From NCBI RefSeq assembly GCF_009914755.1, contig NC_060929.1: a DNA stretch of 64,000 nt; one strand, given 5' to 3'. Numbering within the stretch: position 1 is the stretch's first letter; each line of letters starts with the position of its first letter. Of the stretch, positions 40,743 through 55,525 are shown one piece after another. The stretch comes from the human T2T-CHM13v2.0 reference genome, Homo sapiens. Both the position numbers and the translations under genes were made by a program. The notes under the pieces were generated by a model. The model saw nothing but the letters and a program-made list of their open reading frames with translations. It was not told the DNA's origin and did no database searches.

Positions 40743-43700
40743 CTCCTTTGGATTTTGGGGAGTTGCCCCGCCAGCTCCCCGTCTTTGTGGCTCTGTAATC
40801 TGAGATGTCCGGATGGTCCTCTGATAGAAAAGCCCAGCCCTGCAGTTTCCTCTGCAGCCCATTGATGGGGGAAGTGGGGTCCTGCAAGGCTCTGGTGGGC
40901 CTGCAAGCTGGGCCTGCTGAGCCACAGGGGCTATTCTGATCACCTCCTTCCTCTCTACCCTATTGGTGAGGGGGACCCGCTGCCCTCAATGGCACCAGAT
41001 GCCTGAGTGCCCAGCACCCAACCCTGGACAGCTGAGAGTGACAGCAGGCCACGGTCACAGGTGCTGATGTGCAGGTGGAAGGCGGCCCACTCCACTCGGG
41101 GACAGGGTGGGCTCTCAGGGGCTGCATGGCTTTGCAGTGGCCGCCCACAGGGTGAGGGGACCCTGGCTCTGTGGGGCTTGGGGCAGGGTGTTGGGAGAAT
41201 CCTGTGGGCTGGCAGGGATCTGAAGCCCAGCGGGCTGAGGACCAGATGGGTGCTGCTGGTCCCGCTGGTGGAGGAACTGGCAGGGTGGGGAGCCTTTCCC
41301 CCTGGGGGACACATCCTATGAGGACAGCGGCTCCCAGGAGGCCTCCAGAGGCTGGGAGGCCTTTCAACGCGAGGATCTTACTGGCCACAGGTGCTGCTCA
41401 AACGAACGCTCCGAAAGTCTCAGCAGGTGAGAGCGCAAGTCTCAGTGCCGGAAACTGCTGTGCTGGGGGTGAGGAGGGGTGGACCCAAGGGCAGCCAAGG
41501 GCTTTGTGGGGGCACCTGGGGCCCAGGGCACAGGAAGAGCCATGCCCCACATCCAGTGCCCCCAGGTGTAACCCTGCTCCTCATGGCCCAAGAGGTTTTA
41601 CGTGTGGATGGGTTTTAATTGGGTGTCTGGAAGCAGGTAAAGTTGTGTCTGAGCTTGGTAATGAGAGGCAGGGTAAAAGGGAGGGACATCTTGGAGGTGA
41701 CATGCCTGATGCAAGGTCTTTACCAAACAGAAACTCCACAGGCCTGACCACACCTGACCAGGGCACAGGGCAGCCGAGGGCAAGGGACAGGTCCTGGTTT
41801 GGGGCCACTGCATGTCCTCGATCAAGGCATTGGGTGTTCAGCACCTCATCTTCCTTCTCTGCAAGGTGAGCGGCTTGGTCCCCCAAAACTCCAGTGCATT
41901 TATGAATTTTAACTGTTCTACAAGGCTACGGCCAACATGGGTGCCTCCGAGGCTCAGCCTGAAGGCAACATGTGGGGAGCCTGGTGGAAACCAGCCGTGT
42001 GGCCGAGGGCAGGCGCGTGCCGGGAAGTGCCCCTGTGCTGCGCTCATTAAGTTGTGATGGTGGCTTGTTAGCAGCTTGTTTTACTTCAAGATACTTCACT
42101 ACATAAAGATTTTCAATTATGAGACAGATTGAATTGAAAACTGACTTTTCTAAAAACAAGGATTATTCCACATTGCAGAAATGATCCTCAGCTTCAAAGC
42201 TTTGTTTTTTAATGAGTGCACCCTTTAGGCATTTGGCACGTCTGGGATCCAAACCCTTGTGTTCATCCTGTGGACTCTGCAAAACGCACAGTGCCTCATG
42301 TCTCTTTCTGAACCTGGTCTGGTGTGAGCAGTGAGGAGGGAGTGTCTCAGGCTCCCATGGGGCTGAGGATGGGCTCCACGATGTCCCTCAGCCCACAGAG
42401 ACAGAGACACACCCAGAACCTCCAAGCCACGGGTCTTGTCTGCAGCTGGGCCAGGTGGACTGCACCTGCCAAGGGAGCCTCCAGGGTGGGTGCTGGCTGG
42501 CCGGGCGCCCTCCTCACACACGAGGGCGGGCCAACTTGAGTGGAGCCGTGTCTGCATGCAATGCTGTCTCTGCCCCCAGCAGCTGAATGCCACCTGCTGA
42601 GCTAATATTTGCTGAACCATCGAGTCATGGATTCCTTCCTGACAACGTTGCTTAAGTGTTTATCCGAGCAAGAGCTTGGGTCAAGGTTGCCCTCGTCTCC
42701 CTGCCTCCCTCTGCAAACACCATTCAACTGCCAGCAGTGCCCTTGATGTCCCGTGTCCAGCTCCTCTGAGTGTGGTTTCCTGGCTCATAGTTGCCCAATG
42801 TACGGCATTCCTTGTGGTGAACCACAGGGCTGGCCCAGGATTCTTAGATGTCGGAGGAGGCGAAGATGCCACGTCCAGCAGAAAGAGCTGCACAGTGGCG
42901 GCCGCGCGTCAGAACGGCAGCTGTGGGGTGGCTGTGGAGCGGGGCGCCGGCGGTGGGTTGTTTACCACGAGCTCTACAACCAGTGGCTGTGTCTGTGTTT
43001 TTTCTCTTTAATGGAATGAAGCAAACGCAGGAGTGCCATGTCCCTGCAAGGACACAGTAGGGGTCTGGGTGATTTAGGGCCCTGGTGAATTCACACCCTC
43101 CAGGACATGAAGCCCTGTTTTCTGCACCATTTTACTGATGAGAAGCTTGAGGCTGAGAGAGGCCACTGGAGCAATCTGAGGGGAGGCCAGATCAATGCTG
43201 AGCCCTGCGGGCCTCACCTTGCAGGCCACAGCCTCCCTTATCATCTCTCCAACCCCAGCCGAGGCCCTAGGTCCACCCCATGTCCGGGTCATGATCCAGG
43301 AAGGGGTCAGTGCTGATCTAGAGCCTGGCGACAGAGCCCCTGGCCCGAGGCCTCCAGGAAGGAGTGTATCTCCAGCTTGCTGCCCATTGGCTGAGGACAG
43401 CGGGCCGGGGCATGAATCCCACGTGCGCGCAAGTGCCATTTTGCTCTGTGCTCCATGAACACAGGTGCCCCGAGCGCCTCCTGAGTGCCATGTGCAGAGT
43501 GGGCGGTGCCAGATGGGGCCCACCGTTGTCCACAGGGCTTGTGGAGGTGCTGCCGTGCCTCCCAGATGCCCTGTCTGGGCCTGTACCCCTTTGCCGAGTT
43601 GAGGAGGCTGTGTACCTCTTTGGGAGATGCCTGGGAGGTCACGAGCACAGACTGTGGGTGGCCCAGAGCCAATGACTGACAGTGGCGGGTGCCATGGCCA

Positions 43701-45164
43701 CCCTGGCCTCCCCAGGGCCAGCAGTGGGGTGCGGGTCACTGGCTGACAGGGACCCCCTCCTGACGCCTGGTCCTGCCCTATCCTGCTCGCCTCGCCCCTT
43801 ACCCTCAGGTTTCTCCTGCAGGAATCCCCATGGGAGTGCTGGCTGCTGAGGGACGGAGCTTCCCTCCTGGTGGGGCTACAGGGTGAGGAGGGCTTCGCAT
43901 GGCGGCGGCGGCAGAGGGAACGGTGCTGTGAAGGCCCTGGCAGCACGAGAACAGGTCCACGGGGTGGGGGGGGGGCGTGGGGGGGGCATCGGAATAAATG
44001 GAAGAAGAATCGATATGATACAATTTAGCGCTTTAAATTATGCACTTTTATGACATGGAATTGTCTTAAGAAAATACCACGTGACAATGAAGGACGCAGA
44101 ACTGTGCGACGTCAGCCCTGAGTAGACACGAACACGCAGGAAAGTCCCGGAAGGCCTGTGGCCATGGTCTTCAGTTTCTTCCTTTCCCTCAATGCCTCTT
44201 CCAGTTTTGTAGGGTTAGCACGCATTGCTTTCATAAATAAATACAAAATAATAATGTGTGACATAGAAGGGCCGACTTCTTGAAATGCTGAACTCAGGTA
44301 ACTGTTTGACTCTAAACTGGTTTCTGGAAATGGTTTTCCTGTTTCTCATGAACTGCTCAGGTGGGCAGAGGCCACTTACAGTTGGCAAACGGCAGAGGGC
44401 CCGGGTGTGGAGCTGTGGCCCAGGCTGGTAACGGGGAAGTTCCTCTGATTCGGGGTGAGGTTGTTCCCAGTGCATTTCCAGGCACACCCACCTCTCTGAA
44501 TTGCTGAAACCTTTGCGCCTCCTCCTCAGGTGGAGCCCACACTACACTCCCCTGTCAGCTCAGGTCATGTGTTTTTTACCTGGGGTGAGCAGGGCCCAGC
44601 CCACCGCGTGGGTGAGAATTCGGTGAATTCCCTGTGTGTGGGTTTCTGCGTGCCCCACGTGCGTGCACCAGGGCCAGGTGCTGTTTCACTCACAGCCGGG
44701 AGCTCCATGGCCCTGGATGGTAAAAGCGTGTTTCTCCCCAGGGCCTGACTCTGCCTTGAGATGCTGCCTTCCTCTAGGGACCTCTTGGAGCGTCTGGCTG
44801 GGTCCCTGCGTCCAGCTGTGGATGAGAGAGCTGGGGGCTCAGTGGACAAGTGGGGGCGTGGTGGGGTGGGAGAGAGCGCCGGGGAGCGTGGCATCCTTGC
44901 CCCCTATCCTCCCAAGCAGGAGCAGTCATGTGGTCATGTCTGAGTGTAAGGGCACAGAAGCCAGTGGCCCCGTGCTGTGGGAGGGAGTTGGCTTGGCCAG
45001 CACGCTGCCTTGTTGCTGCACTGGTGCCTGAAGCATGGCTCCTGATCGGCGTAATAAATGCCAGCTGCCATGGGAAAATGTGTCTCAAAGTGTGTGCATT
45101 GCTACATCCAAGAACAAGCCACTTTCTAAGACGAAAGGAGCATATCCCAGGCATTTTAGCAGTA

Positions 45165-46875
45165 ATTGGTCTCACATCTATTCCTATTACATCTGCAGTG
45201 ACTTCCTTCACTGAAGGCTGGAATCCCTGAAAGTCATCCATGAGGATTGGAATGAACCTCTTCCAAACGCCTGTTCATGCTGACACTTTGACCTCCTCCC
45301 ATGAATCATGAATGTTCTTAGTGGCATCTAGAATAGTGAATCCTTTCCAGAAGGTCTACAATTTACTTTTCCCAAATCCATCAGAGGAATCACTAACTAT
45401 GGCAGATACAGCCTTAAAAAATGTATTCCTTAAATAATAAGGCTTGAAAGTTGAAATGAGTCCTTGGGCTGTGGAATGGGTGTTGAGTTAGCAGGCATGG
45501 AAACAAGATTCATCTCCTTGTTCATTTCTAGCAGAGCTCTTGGGTGACCAGGTGCATTGTCGGTGAGCAGTAGTATTTTGAAAGGAATCTTTTTTTCTGA
45601 GCGGTAGTTCTCAACAGTGGGCTTAACATAGTCAGTAAACCGTGCTGTAAACAGACATGCTGACATCCAGGTTTTCTCGTTGCATCTACAGAGCAAGGCA
45701 GGGTAGACTGAGCATGGTTTTTAGGGGCCCTGGGATGTTCAGAATGATCCATAAGCATCGGCTTCCAATGAAAGTCACCACTGCACCAGCTCCTAACAAG
45801 AGCGTCAGCCTGTCTTTGAAGCTTTGAAGCCAGGCACTGACTTGGCCTCTCTAGGTAGGAAAGTCCTAGATGGTGTTCTTCCAATAGAAGGCTGTTCTAT
45901 CTACATTGAAAATCTGTTGTTAAGCGCAACCACCTTCATCAGTGATCTTAGCCAGATCTTCTGGACGCGGAAGGTAACTTGCTGCAGCTTCTCCATCAGC
46001 ACCTGCCGCGTCACCTTGCGTTTTTATGTTATGGAGACGGCTTCTTTCCTTAAACCTCATGAACCCACCTCTGCCAGCTTCCACTCTTCCTCTGCAGGTT
46101 CCTCGCCTGTCTCAGCCTTCACAGAATTGAAGAAAGTTAGGGCCCTGCTCTGGACTAGGGTTTGGCTTAAGGGAATGGTGTTGCTGTTTTGACTGTCTAT
46201 CCAGAAAACAAAAGCTTTCTCTGTATTAGCAACAAGGCGGGTTCACTTCCCATCATTCATGCACTCTCTAGAACAGCACTTGTGATCTCCCTTAAGAACT
46301 TTTCCTTTGTCTTCATTACTTGTCTCACTGGTGCAGGCCTCGCTTAGCTTTCAGCCTATCGCAGCTTTCAACCTGCCTTCCTTGCTAAGCTGAATCATTT
46401 CTGGGTTTTGATTTAAAGTGAGGCGTCGTGGCTCTTCCTTTGAGCACTCTGCGGCCATGGAAGGGTTAGTAACCAGGCCAATTTCAATATTGTTGTGTGT
46501 CAGGGAACAGGAATGATTGGGAAGAGGGAGAGAGGTGGGGGAACGGCTGACTGCAGGGGCAGCTAGAACACACCAAACATTTATTAAGTTTGTGTCTTAT
46601 ATGGGTGCAGTTCATAGCACCCAAAACAATTACGTCGGTAACATTGAAGATCCCTGATCACAGATTGCCACTGCGTATATAATACTAATGAAGAAGTTTG
46701 AACTGTGGCAAGAATCACCAAAATGTGACCCAGAGCCACGAAGGTGGCACACGCTGCTGGGAAAACTGCGCCCGTGGAATTGCTCCACGCCGGTTGCCAC
46801 AAACCTTCAGTTTGTAAAAAAAGTAACATCCATGGAGCAAAATCAAGCAAAACACCACAAGACAAAGTACACCTG
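45165..46875 (-). mobile_element. Tigger1 DNA transposon, 3'-truncated, with degraded transposase
   Basis: ORF 45430-45696 (W...LF..FTDYVKPTVENY...IPFKILLLTDNAPGHP) is a pogo/Tigger DDE relic. A 5' TIR-like end sits at 46875, followed by TA. Confidence 0.9.
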
Positions 46876-47087
46876 TATAGCTCTCTATAGATCTACATTT
46901 TTAAATACATAGATCTATATAATTTATATAATACTTACATAATATCTCTATATAGTATATATTAGGTATGCAATATTGATTATACAGAGCTACATGTAGA
47001 TCTATAAATTATATACATAGCCAATATTTTAAAACATATAAGAATGACTCTTTATAATGGCAGAAGACATAAATGTCCCCTCCTTTT

Positions 47088-47248
47088 CTATCTATGAATC
47101 TGGAATCTGACAGAGAAACCAACCCTCACAAGCTTTCGTCGTACGATGGGCCTGGCTTCACTGAATCCTATCTATGAACCTGGAATCTGACAGAGAAACC
47201 AACCCTCACAAGCTTTTGTCGTACGATGGGACTGGCTTCACTGAATCT
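47088..47248. repeat. 80-bp tandem duplication (2 copies)
   Basis: CTATCTATGAA.CTGGAATCTGACAGAGAAACC...TCACTGAATC at 47088 and 47168. Confidence 0.95.
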
Positions 47249-47478
47249 GCATCTTATGTCACACTTATTGCCAGCAGGACCTGCCTAGTGACATTTAGCT
47301 GCCCTTCGAGTGGGCTGGCACCAGATGGAAACTGGACATAAGCTTTCGTGAGAGATCGTGTGCAGTTCCTGAGCTTTGTGTTACCAGATACTGTCTCTTC
47401 TCAGATGAGGGTCAAATTGAAATTTCATTACAGAAACCACCAGTCGCCACTGTTGAAGTTCAGAAGGGGTCCACCTAG

Positions 47479-48256
<778 letters not shown>

Positions 48257-49109
48257 CTGGGATAGCCTTTCCTGGATCCATGAAATGAGAATTCAGTGAG
48301 TCAACTTTCAGGGTAACAGGATTTTAAGACATCTTCATTTATGTAAAAGAAATCCCATTCACAAACATTCCATTTTCAGTAACTGTGTTAATTGTAAATG
48401 ACTCTTGTACAGTCACTAGAGCAGGCATCGCAAAAACATTGGTGCCTCGTTTTCTCATTGATAAATATGCATGAAAGTCGTCTGTTTCAACGATGCAGAC
48501 AAAGATACAATGTTCCCTAATCCAGATTACATCTTTTAGCCTGCTTGATGGATTATCACTAATTAGATTTATTCTTAGTTTTGTTACATGCAAATTTATC
48601 TCAGTGAAAAATAAACTCAACTAAATACTGTTCTTTACTTGCTCTCTTGGATAATAAGAATGTGGAGGGAAGGGTGAGGTTGCAGTGATGTGGGGATAAG
48701 GGGAAGGCGGAGGACAGACCTGGACCTGGCAGAGGAGGAAGAGGAGGAGGACGAGGTGAGAGAGGCCCCTCATCTTCCCTGGTGTCGTGCACGCGACCTC
48801 AACTCTCGGCTCCTGTGGTCTGGGTGGTTCCTGGGTGCACAGAGAGCCTGGGACAGAGGTCCCAGGGACAGAAAGTCCTTGTTTCAGAGGATCCAGGGTG
48901 ACTGTGCAGTGAGTTTGCAGCAGCTCACCCAGCACGCTGGGGGACGGCAGGGCTGGGTCCCTTTCTTGGGTTGCAGCTTTTCCAGGTCATGACATTGGCT
49001 CACTGAGCACAGCTCACACAGTGGAACGGCCAAGGCTCCAGGAACACGGCTGGGCACTGGGTCATTCCGTGTTTGGGAAAATATCTTTCTTTTCACAAGG
49101 AATGTGGCA

Positions 49110-49855
49110 TACATGCACACACACACACAAACTGATTAACACACATATATGCATAAACTAATAAACACATATACACACGTGCACACACTCACATATTTAC
49201 CAACATACAAACATGCATACACTCACACACACACACACACCGACACACACATATGTAGAAATTCATAACAGACACACACCAACACATGACCATACATCTA
49301 CAAACTTATAAACGCACACACACACACACATCGACACTCATACATACAAATTCATAACACAGACACACACCAACGCAATACCATACATCTACAAACTTAT
49401 AAACACACACACACACACATCGACACTCATACATACAAATTCATAACACAGACACACACCAATGCAATACCATACATCTACAAACTTATAAACACACACA
49501 CACACACATCGACACTCATACATACAAATTCATAACACACACACCAACGCAATACCATACATCTACAAACTTATAAACGCACACACACACATACATACAA
49601 ATTCATAACACAGACACACACCAACACAATACCATACATCTACAAACTTATAAATGCGCACACACACACACACACTGACATACATACAAATTCATAACAC
49701 AGACACACACCAACGCAATACCATACATCTACAAACTTATAGACACACACACACACACACACATCGACACTCATACATACAAATTCATAACACAGACACA
49801 CACCAACGCAATACCATACATCTACAAACTTATAAACGCACACACACACACCCCA
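49110..49855. repeat. CA-rich VNTR, ~80-90-bp unit with an internal variable (CA)n
   Basis: ACAAATTCATAACACAGACACACACCAACGCAATACCATACATCTACAAACTTATAAAC is repeated about 7 times. Confidence 0.92.
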
Positions 49856-49864
49856 GCAATACAT

Positions 49865-50105
49865 GTGTGTTAATCTGTTTGTGCTACTATAACGAAATGC
49901 TTCTTGCTGGGTAACTGATGAAGAACAGGTTGTTTTCTTGCACAGTTCTGGGGGCTGTGAAGTCCCACATCGAGGCACCAGCCTTAATCCACCCTCCGCC
50001 CTCATGACCTAAGCTCCTCCCAAAGGCCCCACCCCCAACACTGTTGTACTGGATATTAAGGTTCCAACACATGGATTTTGGGGGACCCATTCAGACCATA
50101 GCAGC
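49865..50105 (-). mobile_element. MaLR (MST/MLT1) LTR fragment
   Basis: Contains CACAGTTCTGGGGGCTG...CTCCCAAAGGCCCCACC...ATTCAGACCATAGCA. Confidence 0.7.
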
Positions 50106-51386
50106 ATTCATACACACAAACTCTTACCCTTGAAAATTAAAACCCTCACACTGAACTGAGGTCCTGAATCCTCCTCTCTGTTCCAGACTCCACTCAGCTC
50201 AGCCTCAGCCCCAGGACTCCTTGTTCCCAGGGAGTTCAGTTCCCCGCAGCAGCTCCAGCTGGGCCTCCTCGCCCGGAATGGGCTGGGTCGCTCCAGGGCC
50301 TCAACGTGCTCGGCCATCACCACGCTTTAAGGGGTCTCAGGAGGTAGCAGGATGCATCGTGCCATTGGTCACGCAGGCTGCACGCTCCTCAGCCCCTAGA
50401 GCAGCGGTCCTAAACCACACTCTGTGCCAGCCGCAGGCCGGGTGAGCACAGAACAGAGGCAGCTCTCGGGACGAGAAGGAAGCTTTCTGGAAATGCCTCC
50501 CTGGCTGAGCCTGGTCAAGCGGCTGCGAGCCCACACCAGGCAGCTTCCAGGGCCCAGGAACTGATGCCACATTGGGGACCCCTCCTGTCAGGAGGCTGAT
50601 GCGGCCCCACACGCTGGCTGGCCACGTGCGGGAGGGTCTCCGGGGGCTGCTGCCTCATGTCTCTGCCTCTGCTTTTCTGGAGGACAGCCCCTAGACAGGC
50701 TCCTGAGATGTGGCCGCTGCTGCTGCTCCCCTCACTCACTGGAAGCGCATGGTCTGGAGCTCACCCCAGAATCCTTGGGTGGTTTTCACCCACAGCCTGT
50801 AGAAAAGCCACATGGATTCAAGGCCATGCCTCTGCACCATGTCCTCTGTCCCTGAAGGCAGAGGGGACTTGGAGCTGGCCCCAGCATGGCCATCCCAGCT
50901 GTGCCCAGGAGCCACCTTCTCACACCCAGTTGAGGGCCTGGTAAAGCAGCACCCCCAGCAACAGCTATACAAAGAGCCCCTCTGGCCAGCCCTGCCCCCC
51001 ACCTTTCCTTGTGGAGGGTCCTCAGGTCCAAGGTCCTCAGGGTTTTGCTAAGGCCCGTCGGGGGCCCTGCTCTGCAGAAGCAGTCTCCTCCTGTGGACAA
51101 GGCTACCGGCACTCACAATGCCAAAAAGCAGCAGAGCCTGCAGGCCACAGAAGCCACGAGCCAGGGCAGCTGCAGGCACTCACCTGGTGACTGGCACCCT
51201 GGCCCACCGGCATCCGAGATTCTCCTCCGCACCTCCCCCTGTCCTCCTCACCTCCCCTATGTCCTCCTCACCTTCCCCCACAACCCCATCCTCTGGGCTG
51301 TGACTTCCCACCCTCTGGGTCCTGGCACAGTGTCTGGCCTCCCAGAGAGGGGTGAGGTTGAGAGAGGCTGACAGGCGTCTCCGACA

Positions 51387-51500
51387 TGAGTCAGCCCATT
51401 CAGTTCCTTTTCCAGGGGCCACACTGAGTCAGCCCATTCGGTTCCTTTTCCAGGGGCCACACTGAGTCAGCCCATTCGGTTCCTTTCCCAGGAGCCACAC
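51387..51500. repeat. 38-bp tandem repeat x3, each unit starting with an AP-1 site
   Basis: TGAGTCAGCCCATTC at 51387, 51425 and 51463. Confidence 0.95.
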
Positions 51501-53902
51501 TCGAAGTCACAAGAGCCTTGACATGTTGCGGTGACAGCCTGCTGCCGGGGCTGACTGGCTTGTGACCCCGGCACCTGGAGGCCTGTCTCAGATCCAACCC
51601 ATCCTGCCCACCACATTTTCTGGACAAACCCTTGTCCCCAGGGAGACAGTGGCTACTGGTCCCTGAGTTTCTCAGGGAGTTGGGCCTGCCCCTTGGGATC
51701 TGGAGGCCCCTGCAGTGTGGGGAGGAGGGGCCGCTCCTGGTGTCACAGGGGAGGGAGCTCAGCAGGCAGGGGAGAACCTCGCAGAGGCTCAGAGCTGGGA
51801 TGGGACGGGCAACGTGCGGCTCTTCAAAGGTGACTGTGGCTGTTTGTTCATTTCAGAATATCCCTTAAGCCAACTCTCTCCAGCAGGTGAATTATAGAAT
51901 CAACACAGTGCTTGAAATATCTAAACCTTTGAAGAAATCCCTAAAAGGATGACATGAAAGTATTAAGTTTATTTTAATCAATTCTGCTAAATATGTGGAT
52001 GGATAGAGGCCATGTTTTAAGACAACCTCCAGCAAATTAAGGTGAACAGTTCTGCAGAGTAATGAAGATCATGCCTAGAGTATACCTCCGAGGTCCTGGG
52101 AGTCCTGGGCACAGGCGGGACCCAGAGGACAAGGGTGAGTCCATCCACAGGCGGGTCTGTGCACTGGTGAACTTAGAGAGTGCAGGATGTTCCCAGTGTT
52201 GTCTGGATTTCCAGGCTTTGCTTTGCACCTTGCCTCCCTCTGGCCCTCTTGCTCCTGGCCTGGCTCCGGCTGCCCCTCCATGCAGCGCCGCCCTCTGTGC
52301 AAGGCTCTGAGTGGGGCTGCCTGGAAGAGGAGCCCAAGGCCTCCTCACCCCTCCTGGAGCCGGTAGCTGGGGGTCCCACCCAACATCGCCCTGTGGCATC
52401 TGCCCAAACGCCCCATGGGCATCCTGCCTCCCTGCACCTGGTGAAAGTTCTGTGGGAGGCGCTCTCCATTCCTGCCAGGTCTTTATCATACCATGCTCTG
52501 GGCAATGTTTTTGTTAAATAAGATAACATGAGCCCTCTCCAAGTTACCTGTCCTGCAGGGTGCAGGGTGGCGACTCATGCCCAGGCGAGTGACCTTCACC
52601 AGCCTGTCCTGGATTAGCCGGTGACTATGCAAGACATCCGATTGTGCAGCTTAGAGCCAGAGCTGCTGTGCAGGGTGCTGCCCCCGAGCCATCCCAGCGC
52701 ATCCTGGCGTGGAGCAGGGTCACGGCTGGATTAAGGGGAAGGTGAAGTGGGGTCAGTGCCCTGCCCCCTGGACACACAGCAGGGGGCTGCTCCTGGGCAT
52801 GGCCTTGGGGCGTGAGGTGCAACTGGCTACGCACACTGGCCAGGGGAGGACCCCTCTTCGCCTCCACACTGCACGCCCCTTCCCTGGTTTTCCTGCTTTT
52901 GCTTCCTGACCTGTGTCCGCCAGCACACACCCATCAGCTGGAGGGCAGAGGAGCCCTCTCCCCAGTAAGGACTCACCCAGGCCGAGGAGCCCAGGTGGAC
53001 AGCAAGGTTGCCATGAACAGGGACCGTCCTGAGTCCAGTCCAGTCCCCCCTAGGGGCATGTCAGCCTGGTGGGCAGAGCTCTGTGCCCTTGAGGCCCACC
53101 AGGTTTGGAGGCTGGACAGGTGAAGACACCCCAGTGCCATGTGGCTGAGTGGACGTGGCAGGCAGAGCGAGGACAGAGGGAGGGGCACGTGCTAGTGCCA
53201 GAAGGAGGCTGCCCACGGCCAAGTGGCCGACACTGGTCTTCCCAGCCAGCATGGAGAGTGCCAGAGGCATCGGGTGGCCCCTGGGGAACGCAACTGGCCA
53301 GACAACGGGCTGAAGCCAGGGAAGGCCTGGGCGCCTGCCAGACCACCCTGGCACTTCCTGTCACTGTGGCGTCCACTGCTGCATACTGGGCCCCCAGGGT
53401 GCCACGACCATGGCCATGGCCAGCCCCGGAGGATGGCCAGGGGCGGCCCACACTGTGGGCTCATGTCCCCTGTCCTGGAGGCAGCAACCGTGTGCCGGGA
53501 CCCACCTCAGGGGAGGCTGTCGGGGGCAGGGGGGCAGGGCTTTAGATGCAGGTCGAGGGACCCACCTGGCCTCCAGACACACACTTTGGGGAATTCCTCT
53601 CACTCACTGGCTTGTGTGGCTGGGCAGTCTTGTCTGTGTCTTGCCATGTGGGACGGGACCAAGAACCCTGGGCACCAACTCACCGTCAGCCAGCCACCTC
53701 CCCGTAGCTGGCGGTGCAAACCTGACTGGAAGGCACCAGCTGTTGTGATGCCCAGAGCCGGGCTCAGGAGGCCTCTCCACCTTTCTCTCAGGCTCCCTGT
53801 GCAGTGCAGCCTGACTCTGAAGGGGGCTGCAGGCATGGCTTTCCCAGCACCCACAGCCCAGCTCATTTTCCCTGCCTGGGTGATGCAGGGTGTGTGTGGC
53901 TC

Positions 53903-54570
53903 TGTCTTTTTCTGAAGCTTTGGTGCTGGCTGATTCAGCTCATCATAAAAGGCTTGAAACACTGGTTTGGGAGAGTGCCTGTGGACCTCCCCTCGGACTA
54001 AAATAGCAACTTGGGGGTTTAGCCCTGTCCCATTAATCCCCAGGCCTACATGTTCTCCTTTCTTCCAGTGGGGGTCTAGGGGATTAGAGATTATTAGTTC
54101 TAGTGGGTTACAGTGACCGGCAGCACAGGAGAGATTGGCTTCCCCTTTTTGAAGGTGAACTGGGTCTTTTTTGTCCTTTTTTTAAGTAGCCTAAATAACA
54201 CATGGCCAATAGGCACAATTTTCACAGATCCTTGACTTATGACAAACATATTTATTTTTTACTGTGTAGCTCTTTTCCTAGTTAAGAGAACTCCATTTTA
54301 ATTCTAGCTTGTTACCATTAATGGCTGCACAAGCATCAAATTTTAAAGTTACTTGTTTGGGAATTTCTTTTTCTTCTCTTCTAGTTATTATTTTACTTGT
54401 ATCGCCAAGGAAAGGACCAGTTTTTTATTTTAAAAACGGTGGTCGCAGGGGGCTTGGATGGGTTATAACACCCATCAGATTGGTCATTTCCTGGGCTACG
54501 TACCTTGTACTGTGACATTATACAAACAAGTTCCTTTTGATGTTCCTGTACATTTATAATAACTATAGAA
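53903..54570 (-). mobile_element. HERV-E env (SU) fragment, disrupted
   Basis: The minus strand reads FYSYYKCTGT..GTCLYN / QYKV.SPGND...CYNPS.PPATTVF / FLGDTSKIITR.EEKEIPKQ.TL.FDACAAIN...CENCAYWPCVI...CAAGHCNPLELII.NPLDPHWKKGE...NPQVAIL.RGEVH...PVFQ.FY.ELN.PAP...KKT. This matches the recalled HERV-E 4-1 env, with stops and frameshifts. Confidence 0.85.
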
Positions 54571-55525
54571 TGAAGGGGACCAGCCCCTCCACACCTGTGG
54601 GTATTTCTCATCAGGCGGGATGAGAGACTGAGAAAAGAAATAAGACACAGAGACAAAGTATAGAGAAAGAAAAGTGGGCCCAGGGGACTGGCGCTCAGCA
54701 TACAGAGGACCCGCACTGGCACCGGTCTCTGAGTTCCCTCAGTATTTATTGATTACTATTTTCACTATCTCAGCAAGAGGAATGTGGCAGGAGAACAGGG
54801 TGACAGTGGGGAGAAGGTCAGCAAGAAAACATGTGAGCAAAGGAATCTGTGTCACAAGTAAGTTCAAGGGAAGGTACTATGTCTAGATGTGCACGTAGGC
54901 CAGATTTATGCTTCTCTCCACCCAAACATTTCAGTGGAGTAAAGAGTAACAGCAGCATTGCGGCCAACATGTCTCGCCTCCCACCACAGGGTGGTTTTTC
55001 TCCTATCTCAGAATTGAACAAATGTACGATCAGTTTTATACTGAGACATTCCGTTCCCAGGGGAAGGCAGGAGACAGAGGCCTTCCTCTTTTACTAATCC
55101 TACTCAGCACAGATCCTTCACGGGTGTCGGGCTGGTGGATGGTCAGGTCTTTCCCATCCCACAAGGCCATATCTCAGTGGGGAGAAACCTTGGATGGTAC
55201 CCGGCTTTCCTGGGCAGAGGTCCCTGCGGCTTTCCGCAGTGCATTGTGCCCCTGGTTTATCGAGAATGGAGAATGGCGATAACTTTTACCAAGCGTACTG
55301 CCTGTAAGCATTTTCTTAACAAGGCACGTCCTGCACAGCCCTAGATCCCTGAAACCTTGATTCCATACAACACAGGTTTCTGTGAGCTCAAGGCTGGGGC
55401 TAAAGTTACAGATTAACAGCATCTCAGGGCAAAACAATCGCTCGGGGTACAGATCAAAATGGAGTTTCTTACGTCCTCCTTTTCTACACAGACACAGTAC
55501 CAGCCTGATCTCTCTTTTCCCCACA
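54571..55525 (-). mobile_element. HERV-K (HML-2) LTR5A/LTR5B full-length LTR
   Basis: The minus strand begins TGTGGGGAAAAGAGAGATCAG and ends GGGGCTGGTCCCCTTCA; 955 bp; AATAAA at 54750-54745. Confidence 0.92.

Noticed and set aside
45430-45884. Domesticated Tigger (TIGD-like) gene
   Set aside because: The transposase is fragmented by frameshifts and stops, and the element is truncated.
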